The notes under the pieces are model-generated. The model worked only from the letters and a program-made list of their open reading frames with translations, did no database searches and was not told the origin of the DNA. The position numbers were made by a program, and so were the translations under genes. Positions 10,154 to 20,079 of a stretch of DNA of 64,000 nucleotides are shown piece after piece. How positions within the stretch are numbered: position 1 is the stretch's first letter; each line of letters starts with the position of its first letter. This DNA is from an uncultured bacterium (GTDB lineage: Bacteria; Verrucomicrobiota; Verrucomicrobiia; Verrucomicrobiales; DEV007): the NCBI GenBank assembly GCA_963977015.1, contig CAXBMO010000006.1:32001-96000 (forward strand), read 5' to 3'.

Positions 10154-11410
10154 ATGATGATCAATCCACTTCCACGCCGAACATTTCTCCGCGCCGGGGC
10201 TGCCTGCGTGGCCCTGCCCATGCTCGATGCCATGGGCGCGAAAGGCGAGACGGCCCCCAAACGCATGGTGCTCGTTCACCGGCCGCTGGGAACCTACCAT
10301 CCTCACCTCGTTCCCGAACAAACCGGGCTCAACTACCAGGCGCCGCGCTATTTGCAGAAGCTGGAAGAGCATCGCGGAAAGTTCACCCTGCTCTCCGGCG
10401 TCTCTCATCGCGGGTATCCGAACTCCCACCACACGGACAACGCCATTTTCACCGGAGTCGATCCCGCCGGCGTGGCGCGTGGCGACGATATTCACAACTC
10501 GATCTCCCTCGATCAGGAATTGGCCGAGCACATTGGTGGTGAGACGCGGGTGCGCAGCCTGACGTTGAACTCGGCGAATTGCGCCTCGCTCTCCTGGAAC
10601 CGCAAAGGCGTTCCCGTGCCCATGAACCGGCGCCGCAGCCAATTGTTCAGGCAGTTGTTCATCGACGGGACCCCGGAGGAAATCGAGGCGGAGCTGCGCC
10701 GATTGGAACACGGAAAAAGCATTCTGGACGACATGCGCGATCAACTGAAGTCGCTCACCAAAAAGCTTGGCGCGGCCGATCGCGAGCGAATTGAAATCAT
10801 GGAAACCTCGATTCGCGAGGCCGAGCAGCAACTGCACCAGGAGGAAGCCTGGATCACCAAGCCCAAGCCGGTCGTCGAGGCCACCGAAAAGGACTTTGCC
10901 GATCAGACCAACACCTGGCTGGAATCCCAGCAACGTTGGTATGCGCTCATTCATCTCGCCCTCCAGACGGACTCGACCCGCGTGATTGTCTATGGCCTCG
11001 GCGAGCACAATAACAACAACATCGCGGATCTCGAGATCGGACACCACGATGCGTCTCACCATGGTAAGAATCCGGAGAAGATCGAACAGTTTGCGCGCTA
11101 CGAGGAAAAGGAATACGCCAACTTCGCGGGTTTTCTGAAGATGTTAGGCGAAACCCGGGAACCGGGCGGAAACCTGCTCGACAACACCCAGGTCCTCCTG
11201 ACCAGCAACCTGGGAGACGCCTCCGCCCATGCCTCCAACAACCTGCCCACCTTCCTCGCGGGAGGAGGATTCAAACATCAGGGACACCTCGCCTTCGATC
11301 CGAAAAACAACTACCCGCTATCGAATTTATTCGTCCGCATGTTGCAGCGATTTGATTTGGAAACGGACCGCTTCGGGAACAGCACCAGTGTTCTGAGTGA
11401 ACTTGGGTAG
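10154..11410 (+). CDS. DUF1552 domain protein (Tat-like N-terminus)
   Basis: RRTFLRAGAACVALPMLDAM, SISLDQ, SILD, HHDASHHG, NLPTFLAGG. Usual partner of DUF1592 genes. Confidence 0.9.
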   Translation: MMINPLPRRTFLRAGAACVALPMLDAMGAKGETAPKRMVLVHRPLGTYHPHLVPEQTGLNYQAPRYLQKLEEHRGKFTLLSGVSHRGYPNSHHTDNAIFTGVDPAGVARGDDIHNSISLDQELAEHIGGETRVRSLTLNSANCASLSWNRKGVPVPMNRRRSQLFRQLFIDGTPEEIEAELRRLEHGKSILDDMRDQLKSLTKKLGAADRERIEIMETSIREAEQQLHQEEAWITKPKPVVEATEKDFADQTNTWLESQQRWYALIHLALQTDSTRVIVYGLGEHNNNNIADLEIGHHDASHHGKNPEKIEQFARYEEKEYANFAGFLKMLGETREPGGNLLDNTQVLLTSNLGDASAHASNNLPTFLAGGGFKHQGHLAFDPKNNYPLSNLFVRMLQRFDLETDRFGNSTSVLSELG

Positions 11411-11495
11411 GCAGGGTCAATAGAGCTGGCGTTCTCGTCAACTAACGGCTTCGGCACGCTTCGAATACCTGGATGGCGCCACAGAGTTGCTTGGA

Positions 11496-12866
11496 TCAAC
11501 CATGCCAAAAGCCCGAATATCCATCGGATTTTCGGCACTTTGCGATGAGGCGAGCCCATTGATCGCGGGTATAGGTTTTGGAAAGATAGGTAACCTTGGT
11601 CCCGCCATTGCGCTCAATTTGAGCGCTGTGAATCGATTCGGCCACTTCCAAAGGCTTGGCTCTTCGCTTAAGTTGATGATCAATCTTTATGACCGCCTGA
11701 ATGAGCCTCTTGGGTACATCCGATTTCTTGTGCTGGTGCCCTCCAAGAGCAAATCCAAGTTTTGACTGGCTGCGTTTCGCCTTTGCCTTCTTTTTCGTTG
11801 GGTGAAAACTCAGACCGCCGCTCAAGGAACCGGTCTTTCGGGAGCTCTTCGTCTTCGCTGATTTTGAAACTGAAGCTTGGTAAGCACAAATGGTTTCGAC
11901 TGCATGATCAAAACCAGGATTTTGGCCGAAGAACATGTTTTCCATCGAGGCGTAGTCCGTTTTCCATTCGCGCAATCGTTTCCCTTCCGGAGCAATCTGC
12001 AAAGTTTCGACCCTTAGCTCTTCATAGTTGATCCACGTTTGCCCAAAATAGACATTACGGTGCTCCATCACGCTGGCGAACAGTTCCGGCGTCACCTTAG
12101 AGATGTGCCTCGATTGGATAATCTGCTGCAGATCATAAAAGTGTCTGGCTAGTCGAGCGGCCACGCCTTTGCTCTCAGGCGCAGTATTCATTTCGTGAAT
12201 CAGCGCAGCCTTTTCACAGAACGTCCTCGCTGGAATGACGGTGTTTACCTTAACTTTGTTTTCTTTGATGGCGTTGGGAAATTCCTCGGCGGCGTAAGCT
12301 TGGATGATCACGTCCTCATCGGGCCATCCTTCCGCGCGCGGGCACAACTCCACCTTGACTCGCGGAGGGTTGTAGTTGCTCTCTCCTGCTATCGCGATTG
12401 GATAGTTTACATAAATCACCCATGGATCTCTCGCATCGATATCTTCAATTTCAACGTTCCATTCTTCGTCTCTCCTGACTACGTCTGCTAGGGCAGATTT
12501 CAGGAGAGGTTCAAGTTTTGCCGTCACCGCTTCCCTGCCGAGTTTTCGGAGATTTTTCTGACGTTTGGTTCTTTGACTGTTCGATTCCGCCTTCGCCGGG
12601 TCAGTTTCTTCGCTGATGCCAAGCCATTCTTGTGACATCGCGACATCAATGTCTTCGGAAAAACGTTCGATGCAGTGAAACGCCTTCGAAAGCGATGTGC
12701 CACCTCGAAAAGTCAGTTCCTTTCCAAACGAATTGCACAACGTCTTTAAAACCCAGCAAACCCAAAAGTCCTTTTCCACCAAATCGGGAGGCAGCTTTCG
12801 CTTTGTGCTCGTCGCTTGGAAAACGGCCCGCCGTTCGTTCGCGGGTTCTCGAATGAAATCGTCCAT
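11496..12866 (-). CDS. abiEii: AbiEii/AbiGii-family nucleotidyltransferase toxin (type IV TA) with C-terminal extension
   Basis: VEKDFWV, FRGGTSLSK, IERFSEDID, RTFCEK and RHFYDL motifs. Lies downstream of an AbiEi-like gene. Confidence 0.9.
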   Translation of the reverse strand: MDDFIREPANERRAVFQATSTKRKLPPDLVEKDFWVCWVLKTLCNSFGKELTFRGGTSLSKAFHCIERFSEDIDVAMSQEWLGISEETDPAKAESNSQRTKRQKNLRKLGREAVTAKLEPLLKSALADVVRRDEEWNVEIEDIDARDPWVIYVNYPIAIAGESNYNPPRVKVELCPRAEGWPDEDVIIQAYAAEEFPNAIKENKVKVNTVIPARTFCEKAALIHEMNTAPESKGVAARLARHFYDLQQIIQSRHISKVTPELFASVMEHRNVYFGQTWINYEELRVETLQIAPEGKRLREWKTDYASMENMFFGQNPGFDHAVETICAYQASVSKSAKTKSSRKTGSLSGGLSFHPTKKKAKAKRSQSKLGFALGGHQHKKSDVPKRLIQAVIKIDHQLKRRAKPLEVAESIHSAQIERNGGTKVTYLSKTYTRDQWARLIAKCRKSDGYSGFWHG

Positions 12867-12878
12867 AAATTAAGTTTG

Positions 12879-13511
12879 TCAGGCTACCGCGAGTTCTTCA
12901 CTGGCTACTCTAACAAATATCTCACGAATCCATGCTGGCGCAAATCGTTGGTCTTCCAAAATCTCCCGTTTCTCCGCTGGTGACAGCCGTTCTCGCAAGA
13001 TTTCGACAACTTCCGAAGTCACTTGGTTCTTTCGCAGAAAGCGCAGGGCTTGAGTAACTACCCCACTGGTGCGTCCAGCCATTTTCATGGTTTTAGGCGT
13101 CGTACGTTTGATTAAAATCTCCAATTTATCGATCTGGACCGAGCGCGGATTCATGTCGGAGAGAAACACTACCTTGCCGGGAACCTGCTCGGTTAATCCG
13201 AGCTGGTTCGCCGCGTAAGCTCCTGACGGCAGGAGTTTCGTTCCGGCTTCATTGGCCAACGCCTTCGCTACTGCGTCCGGATTTGGCGGAACTTCGCCAA
13301 CCAACCGGCTTTGCTCCGGGTAGTCGTAAAGCCCCTGGGCCAATCGGCGAATGCGGTTTTGCTTCCGCAGGCGAAAAAGGGCCATGTCGATCCCGTTCCG
13401 CGAGCCCAGGTCGAGGAAGTCAGCAGGCGTAAACACCCAGCCACGACCGTTGGCCTCGATTCGAGACCAAATCGAGGAATAGATGCTGGTTGACTGTGCT
13501 GTGTTTGTCAT
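12879..13511 (-). CDS. abiEi: AbiEi-like antitoxin / transcriptional regulator (DUF6088 type)
   Basis: GWVFTPADFLDLGSR..L.RL...IRRLAQGLYDYP and GAYAANQLGLTEQVP; 12 bp upstream of abiEii. Confidence 0.85.
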   Translation of the reverse strand: MTNTAQSTSIYSSIWSRIEANGRGWVFTPADFLDLGSRNGIDMALFRLRKQNRIRRLAQGLYDYPEQSRLVGEVPPNPDAVAKALANEAGTKLLPSGAYAANQLGLTEQVPGKVVFLSDMNPRSVQIDKLEILIKRTTPKTMKMAGRTSGVVTQALRFLRKNQVTSEVVEILRERLSPAEKREILEDQRFAPAWIREIFVRVASEELAVA

Positions 13512-13548
13512 TAAAAGAAAAAATAGAGTATTTTTCTTTCATAGTCAA
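13512..13548 (-). promoter_or_regulatory. Sigma70-like promoter with overlapping inverted repeat (putative AbiEi operator)
   Basis: Minus strand reads TTGACT (13548-13543)-17 bp-TATTTT (13525-13520), 8 nt before the ATG. Inverted repeat AAAGAAAAAATA-GAG-TATTTTTCTTT at 13514-13539. Confidence 0.6.
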
Positions 13549-13659
13549 GCAACGGATGGAGGAAATAGCCATATGATTCATTCGTAGAACTAAACAATCA
13601 GCGACCAAACCATTGGCGGATCCGGACAGGCTGGAGTCGTTCTGCGCGATCGATCGATT

Positions 13660-15186
13660 CTAACGGCTGCCCGGAAACGGAACTGGCTCTCCCGAACTAC
13701 GAATCACCGGCATCGGCGCATCGCGGTCGCGCAGAAAACCGGCCAGCTCAGTCGCGAGTTGGCGCGCTTGTTTCGGGCGTTCGTGGCTGAGGTTGTTCGT
13801 CTCGCCGAGATCGTTCGCGAGATCGAATAATTCGAATCGCCGATCTTCGTGGTAGTAGATCAGCTTCCAATCGCCGCGACGTATCGTGCTGCTGGGGCCC
13901 ATGCCCGGGCCTTCGACCGGCGGCCGGTTCAGAGGACCCCAGAAGTTGGGAAAATGCCAGACCAACGGGCGATCGAAGATCTCAGCCGTTGCGTCGCCCC
14001 GAAGCAGTGGCGTGAGATCGGCTCCATCGATGGCTTGCGAACCCGGCTGCTGCTGCCCGGCGACACCGAGCAAGGTGGGAAACCAGTCGTAGATCATCAC
14101 GGGCGTCTCGTTGGTCGAACCGGTCGCCGTCATGCCTGGCCACCGCGCCAGCAGCGGGACGCGGATCCCGCCTTCGTGATGGGCACCCTTGCCGCTGCTG
14201 AGCGGAGCGTTGTGGGTGTGGGGCGGACTCATCCCGCGACGACTGTGGCTCAACCCACCGTTGTCCGAGGTGAACACGACCAGGGTCTCGTCTGCGATCC
14301 CAAACTCGTCGAGAAGCCCTAACAAATCACCCACGCTCTTGTCCATGCCTTCGATCAACGACGCGTAGGCTGCCTCCGGTTCGTCCAGTCCGGCCTCGCG
14401 ATAGGCGGGGGCGAAACGTTCGTCCGGCTCGATCGGAGTGTGCGGCGCATAATGGGCGAAGTAACAGAAAAACGGCTGATCATCGTCGACAGCCTGCTTG
14501 ATCTCGCGTTTGGCCTCGAGCGTCAACGCCTCGGTCAGGTGGATGTCTTCCCCAAAGTAGGCATCGAGATCCCACGCTCTCCAGGGACCGTCCGGGTGCT
14601 TTTTCGCGCCGAAATGCTTCGTTCCCCAGTAACTCCCGCAACCACCTGCGTCGCGGCCGCCGATCCTGACATCAAACCCAAAATTCTTCGGATCCGCGCC
14701 CGGCGTGCCTGCCGATCCGAAGTGACCTTTGCCGAAATGCATCGTGCGATAATCCGCCTTTCGCAGCAACTGCGGCAACGTCTCCACGCTTATCGCGTTT
14801 GGCATCGATTCCGGCTGCAACCCGTTCCAATTCCACGTGGCCGGATCGAGCGTAGGATGGTCGAGGTCCGAACTGGGCGCGTCCCCGCTGAGATAGGTCC
14901 ACTGCGTCACCCGGTGCCGCGCCTCGTTCTGACCGGTCATGAGACTGACTCGGGTCGGCGAGCAGACCGCGCAGGAATACGCTTGGGTGAACTTCATGCC
15001 TTCCCGGGCCAGGCGTTCCAGCGCCGGAGTCCGGTAGCGTTCGTTGAACGGAGTGCGCTCAGGTCCGAAGGCAACGCTGGTGTCCTGCCAACCCATGTCA
15101 TCCGCGAGAATGTAGAGAATGTTAGGGCGTTCGCCCGCGGTTAGGCTGGAAGCGAGAGCCAGCAGAAAAATAGAGATTCGTTTCAT
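13660..15186 (-). CDS. Sulfatase (S1, Cys-type)
   Basis: Signal peptide MKRISIFLLAL, RPNILYILADDMG, CSPTR motif, FTSDNGG, EGGIRVP. Confidence 0.95.
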   Translation of the reverse strand: MKRISIFLLALASSLTAGERPNILYILADDMGWQDTSVAFGPERTPFNERYRTPALERLAREGMKFTQAYSCAVCSPTRVSLMTGQNEARHRVTQWTYLSGDAPSSDLDHPTLDPATWNWNGLQPESMPNAISVETLPQLLRKADYRTMHFGKGHFGSAGTPGADPKNFGFDVRIGGRDAGGCGSYWGTKHFGAKKHPDGPWRAWDLDAYFGEDIHLTEALTLEAKREIKQAVDDDQPFFCYFAHYAPHTPIEPDERFAPAYREAGLDEPEAAYASLIEGMDKSVGDLLGLLDEFGIADETLVVFTSDNGGLSHSRRGMSPPHTHNAPLSSGKGAHHEGGIRVPLLARWPGMTATGSTNETPVMIYDWFPTLLGVAGQQQPGSQAIDGADLTPLLRGDATAEIFDRPLVWHFPNFWGPLNRPPVEGPGMGPSSTIRRGDWKLIYYHEDRRFELFDLANDLGETNNLSHERPKQARQLATELAGFLRDRDAPMPVIRSSGEPVPFPGSR

Positions 15187-15351
15187 GGGATTTTGGGATA
15201 CTTCACCGGCTGGGCAGGGTTTCCAGCATTGCAAACTGAGAAGGTCACTCGGGCACTTCTTTTTCGACGAAACGATTGGCTGAAAGGTATTCCTGCCAGA
15301 GCTTGGGTCGGTTTTGGCGGCATAGATTCGGTGCTTTCGTGATTACCGGTC

Positions 15352-16671
15352 TCAATCCGCACGCTTCGAATAGGTGGAGGGTGCCACCTGCTCGTAGGTC
15401 GAGTCCTCTCCGATCGCCATGCGGAAGGCGTCAAAATACAGGACCGAGCGTTCTTCGGTGCCGGGCCATTTGTTGGAACCCCGATAGAGTCCGATCTTGA
15501 AATACGGTCCCTTGTTTTTCCCTTCATACCAGGTGGCGCCCTCGTAGTCGGCAACCAGTTGGTCGTTCTTGGAGAGTTTTATCCAGCCGCCCTTTCCGGG
15601 AGCCTGGTGGTTGATCTCCATGACCCAGTCCGTCCATTGGCCACGATCTTCCTCGATCGAACCGAGATCAAATTGTTCGGCGGCGGTTGTCGCTCCATCG
15701 CCTTGATGACGCAGCTTCAGCCGCCATTTGCCTTTGGAAATGTAGAGGTGGGTTGGTGGGCCGCCATCCTCAGGGTATTCCTTGCCCGTGCCCCAGTCGT
15801 GCCACTGGGTGACGATCGTAAAGAAGGTATCCGCATCGAAATTCTCCGGCACAAAAATGCTCCAACCGTATCGCGCAACGCCATAGGCCGGAGAGCGAGC
15901 GCCCACGATTTCGCTGCGTTCCTTCGATTTTAAAAGCGTTGCCTGATAGGCATGGTCGCCCTCTCGAACCGGTCCTTCGTCACGCTTGACGATTGCTCGC
16001 GTGGCTCCCTCTTTTGAGGATACCTGGGAGAAGTCGCCGGTTTCAAAGTCGAACCAATCCACCAGGCCCGCGGCAAGGGCCGCCGCATCGGAAGCGGACG
16101 TCTCCGGCTGGGCCGAACGCTCCGATTCCAACCGAATCCCGGTCGCCCGCACCTTGGTCGTTCCCTTCGACGGGCTGTAGATCCAGATCCGCATGTGCGA
16201 GGTGCCCGCCGGAGCGATTTCCGACATCGTCTGGGTCAACGAGCGTTCGCCGCCGCCTTTCATCCAGACGCGCTTCTGCTTCAGGGACAGCTTCTCGACG
16301 TCCTTTTCCCGGGCAGACTTCTTCGGGAGAAAGTTCAGGTAAACAAACAGCCCGCCGTCACCCGCCAGATCGAACGAGAGCTGGTAGCGATTGCCCGGCT
16401 CAGCGTTCACCCATTGGACCAGGCCCAGACCAGCTGAGGCGCTGCTGTCGTGAATCCGGACTCCGCCCAAAGCCGCATCCGTGCGCAAGCCTGCTCCCGC
16501 TGGGTAAGCTTCCCAACCATCCGGCATCTGATCGCCGGAGTGGTCCGCAAAGGTTGGATTCGCCAATGCAACCGGAGTCGCGGCCGAGACGGTTGGGGTT
16601 CCGGATAAAAGGAAGATGGAACAGGCGAGGGGACCGGCAAAGCGCAGGATTCTAATCGCGGAGTGTTCCAA
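15352..16671 (-). CDS. Polysaccharide lyase-like protein (jelly-roll, heparin lyase I/Polysacc_lyase-like) with N-terminal CBM-like domain
   Basis: DFETGD, RSEI, IVTQWH, WTDWV and YFKIGLYR motifs. Signal peptide follows a probable TTG start at 16671; the ORF is open to 16833. Confidence 0.7.
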   Translation of the reverse strand: MEHSAIRILRFAGPLACSIFLLSGTPTVSAATPVALANPTFADHSGDQMPDGWEAYPAGAGLRTDAALGGVRIHDSSASAGLGLVQWVNAEPGNRYQLSFDLAGDGGLFVYLNFLPKKSAREKDVEKLSLKQKRVWMKGGGERSLTQTMSEIAPAGTSHMRIWIYSPSKGTTKVRATGIRLESERSAQPETSASDAAALAAGLVDWFDFETGDFSQVSSKEGATRAIVKRDEGPVREGDHAYQATLLKSKERSEIVGARSPAYGVARYGWSIFVPENFDADTFFTIVTQWHDWGTGKEYPEDGGPPTHLYISKGKWRLKLRHQGDGATTAAEQFDLGSIEEDRGQWTDWVMEINHQAPGKGGWIKLSKNDQLVADYEGATWYEGKNKGPYFKIGLYRGSNKWPGTEERSVLYFDAFRMAIGEDSTYEQVAPSTYSKRAD

Positions 16672-17051
16672 AATCTTCCAAAGGTTAGATTGGAGGTTGT
16701 ACTTTGAGGCTCGGATGTTGCCTTGAACGGATGAAGCCAACCTATCGCCGAGGGATGTCCGTGGAGACTGGGAAGTGTCGAAAAAAATGGTGCTTTGTGA
16801 GTTGTGGTGGGAATTATGCAGGGAGCAGATCACGTTGGCCGAGGTGGAAGAGAATTCTAGTGCGAAATGTTCATCTCATCTTCGCATTGGTAGAAAAGCC
16901 AGCCCAGGCCTGTTGTGGATCGGGTGAATACGACGTTGTTGGTGGAGGGGCAGCGGCGATTTTTCCCCGGAACGGGCTTGATGCGAAGCGGTGACCATGC
17001 GTGGATATCGGGAATAACCCCATTCCTGTTCCAAATCCCCCTTCCATTCGC

Positions 17052-18635
17052 ATGAAGAATTTCGTTCTCGCTTTTCTGTTGAGCCTGACTTTCGCCCAGG
17101 CTGACGATCGCCCCAATATCCTGTTTCTTTTTGCCGATGATTGGGGACGCCACGCCAGTATTTATGCGGAGACCGATGGGCCGGGGACGGTGAATGATGC
17201 GATCCAGACGCCGAACTTTGATCAATTGGCGCGAGAAGGGGTGTTGTTCCAGAATGCGTTTGTTAGTGCGCCATCCTGCACTCCTTGCCGTAGCTCGCTG
17301 CTCTCCGGACAACACTTCTGGCGCACGGGTGCGGGGGCGATTTTGAAGGGGGCGACCTGGGATGATTCCATACCGACGTATCCGCTGCTTTTGGAGAAAG
17401 AGGGTTATCACCTCGGTTATACCTATAAAGTCTGGTCTCCGGGCACGCCGAAGGATGCACCGATTGGTGGGGCGAGGACGGGCTATCGCAAGGCTGGTGC
17501 TTCGATGAATGCGTTCTCGCAAACCGTGACCAAGCTGATGGCCGGGGGGATGTTGGCGGAGGAGGCGATGGCAAAGCCGCTGACGGAGGCGCGGAAGAAC
17601 TTTCAGCAGTTTCTAGCCGCGCGAGAGGAGGGAACTCCCTTTTGCTATTGGTTCGGCCCCACGAATGTGCATCGGAAATGGATCAAGGGTTCCGGCAAGG
17701 CGATTTGGGGACAGGATCCCGAGGTTTTGAAAGGGAAGATGCCGCCGTTTCTTCCGGATGTGCCTGCGGTTCGGGAGGACTTGAACGATTACTTTGGCGA
17801 GATCATGGGGTTTGATGCGGCGATTGGAGAGTTGATCGCCGAGTTGAAGGCGATTGGCGAGTATGACAACACGATCATCGCGATTTCCGGAGATCACGGC
17901 GCGCCCGGTTTCCCCTACGGAAAGTGCAATCTCTACGACTTCGGGTCCAAGGTGCCGCTGCTCGTTACCGGGCCGGGAATCAAGGGGGGAAGAGTGGTGG
18001 AGGACTTTGTTTCGTTGCCGGATTTGGCGCCGACGTTTTTGGAGGCGGGTGGGGTTGTTGCGCCCGACACGATGACCGCCAAATCGCTCTGGCCGGTCCT
18101 GCGTTCCGATCAATCCGGGTTGGTCGATCCCACCCGGACCCAGGTTTACATTGGCCGGGAGCGTCATGTCTATGTCGCCCGGGCGGGAAATCTGCCCTAT
18201 CCGCAACGCGCCATCCGAACGAAGGACTTTCTCTTGATCATCAATTTCAAGTCGGATCGCAATCCGCTTGGCGATCCCTATAAACTGGGCTCTGACGAGG
18301 AACCGGGGATGAACGCTTTGGAGAACAACACCCTTGCGACCCTGCCTGATGAGGATGCCGGCCCGACCAAAGCCTGGATGGTGATGAACCGGAAGGATCC
18401 CCAGTGGGCTCCCTATTTTGATCGCGCCTACGGCAAGCGGCCTCGCCTGGAGCTTTACGATCTGGCCAAGGATCCTCACCAGCTCAAAAACGTTGCCGAC
18501 AATCCGGAATACCAGGAAATCGCGGACCGGCTCGAGTCTCAATTGATGACCGAGTTGGAGACGACCGGTGATCCCAGGTTGATCGATGAGGGACGCTTCT
18601 TTGAGGAGGTTGCCAAGTTTGACGCTCCGCGGTGA
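17052..18635 (+). CDS. Sulfatase (S1, Cys-type; sulfamidase-like)
   Basis: Signal peptide, RPNILFLFADDWG, CTPCR motif, GDHG, GKCNLYD, GRERH. Confidence 0.95.
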   Translation: MKNFVLAFLLSLTFAQADDRPNILFLFADDWGRHASIYAETDGPGTVNDAIQTPNFDQLAREGVLFQNAFVSAPSCTPCRSSLLSGQHFWRTGAGAILKGATWDDSIPTYPLLLEKEGYHLGYTYKVWSPGTPKDAPIGGARTGYRKAGASMNAFSQTVTKLMAGGMLAEEAMAKPLTEARKNFQQFLAAREEGTPFCYWFGPTNVHRKWIKGSGKAIWGQDPEVLKGKMPPFLPDVPAVREDLNDYFGEIMGFDAAIGELIAELKAIGEYDNTIIAISGDHGAPGFPYGKCNLYDFGSKVPLLVTGPGIKGGRVVEDFVSLPDLAPTFLEAGGVVAPDTMTAKSLWPVLRSDQSGLVDPTRTQVYIGRERHVYVARAGNLPYPQRAIRTKDFLLIINFKSDRNPLGDPYKLGSDEEPGMNALENNTLATLPDEDAGPTKAWMVMNRKDPQWAPYFDRAYGKRPRLELYDLAKDPHQLKNVADNPEYQEIADRLESQLMTELETTGDPRLIDEGRFFEEVAKFDAPR

Positions 18636-18704
18636 TTCGGGCGCCGGATGCTCAGTCAGCTTTGCGCTGCATTCTGACGATGTGCCGAAGGGAATCCAGT
18701 TGTT

Positions 18705-19307
18705 ATGCCTGAACCTGATCCAGCGAGAATCCTTGCCTTTGCAACGCCGAAAGATCTCGGCCGGTGGCTCAAGGTGAATCACGCCACCGAAAGTGAGCTG
18801 TGGGTGAAGATCTTCAAGAAAAAGACGGGCATTCCGAGCGTGACGTGGGACGATGTCGTGATTGAGGCGCTGTGTTGGGGGTGGATCGATGGCATCAAGA
18901 AGTCAATTGATGACCAAGCTTATCTCCAGCGGATGACTCCGCGGAAAGCGCGAAGCAACTGGTCGAAAAGGAATCGAGATCATGCGGAGCGTTTGATCCG
19001 CGAGGGCCGCATGAGGGAGTCAGGACTCGTGCAGGTTCGTGCCGCCAAAGCGGACGGCCGGTGGGAGAACGCTTATACGGCAAGTGAAATAGAAGTGCCT
19101 GCGGATTTCCTGGCGGCGCTGGAGAGCGAGCCGAAGGCGAAGAACTTTTTTGAAACGCTCAATCAATCGAGTCGATATGTTATTGCCTACGGGTTGACAA
19201 GTGCGAAGAAACCCGAAACCAGACATAGGAGATTTGCAAAATTCTTGGACATGCTGGTTCGTGAAGAACAGCCGGGTCTTGGCGTCAACAAGTCGAAAAA
19301 GGCATAG
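18705..19307 (+). CDS. YdeI/OmpD-associated family protein
   Basis: EALCWGWIDG, TPRKARSNWSKRN, AAKADGRW, AKKPETR. Confidence 0.9.
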   Translation: MPEPDPARILAFATPKDLGRWLKVNHATESELWVKIFKKKTGIPSVTWDDVVIEALCWGWIDGIKKSIDDQAYLQRMTPRKARSNWSKRNRDHAERLIREGRMRESGLVQVRAAKADGRWENAYTASEIEVPADFLAALESEPKAKNFFETLNQSSRYVIAYGLTSAKKPETRHRRFAKFLDMLVREEQPGLGVNKSKKA

Positions 19308-19628
19308 TCCAAAGATCGCTTCGAGCGTTAGTCCCGGCTCCCGGTAGTCTCCTGGTCACGTAAAAAAGACGGTCCGCCCCATCATCTCTTGGTGGTTTCT
19401 TTGTGGACGTCGAGACCGATGTCGTATTTTTTTTGGGGTCATGGCGTGTGTAGGTAGTCCATTACTGTTGGATAGGTGGTGCGGAACTCGTTTACCAGCG
19501 ATAAGCCACGAGAACCCAAGCATGCCACGTTCCCTTTCAACGGCGATGCTCAGGAGGAGCTTCAGCCATAGGACCTCGCCGCAAGAAAGAATTCGATTCT
19601 GCTACTGATAGGCGCTACGGACTAGCAT

Positions 19629-19895
19629 ATGAATACGGCTAAAGGAATAGTCAGCATCGTAGCCGCAGTTTTTGCTTTTGCTGCTGCTCTCTTGTGGTTC
19701 AAATCAACAGTTGTCAAAGTGCCGCCCAACGAAAAGCCTAATGAAAACGGCATCATTGAGGCTTCGATTACTTCGGACGGTGCAGATGTAATAGCAACAG
19801 CGCGGAAACAAAACCACTGGAACAAACTAGGTGCATTAGCTGCATCGATAGCCGCGCTCGCACAGGGAATATCACTCCTTATTCCGTCCACCTAA
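19629..19895 (+). CDS. Small membrane hypothetical protein (low GC)
   Basis: 88 aa, two hydrophobic segments, AT-richer than its flanks. Confidence 0.6.
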   Translation: MNTAKGIVSIVAAVFAFAAALLWFKSTVVKVPPNEKPNENGIIEASITSDGADVIATARKQNHWNKLGALAASIAALAQGISLLIPST

Positions 19896-20035
19896 CCCGC
19901 GCGAAACCCGAGCCGAACATGGCGGGGTGCACCAGCCTGATCACATTCCGAGGTGTTAGCATTCCATTGATTCGAATCCGTAGGTTCCAATCAAGTTCGC
20001 GCCCTCGGATCGGGTCGCCAAGTCTCAAACACTCA
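19890..20035 (+). repeat. Degenerate attC-like imperfect inverted repeat
   Basis: ACCTAAC (RYYYAAC) overlaps the stop codon. GCCGAAC at 19912. Pairing arms CCTGATC/GATCGGG and TCCGAGG/CCTCGGA. Confidence 0.3.
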
Positions 20036-20079
20036 GTTTGGAATTGTAGGCGGGCGATTGCCGGGGTTAGGGTCGGCGT

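Noticed and set aside
19308-19600. About 300-bp intergenic stretch as possible ncRNA or gene remnant
   Set aside because: No convincing structure, ORF or family motif.
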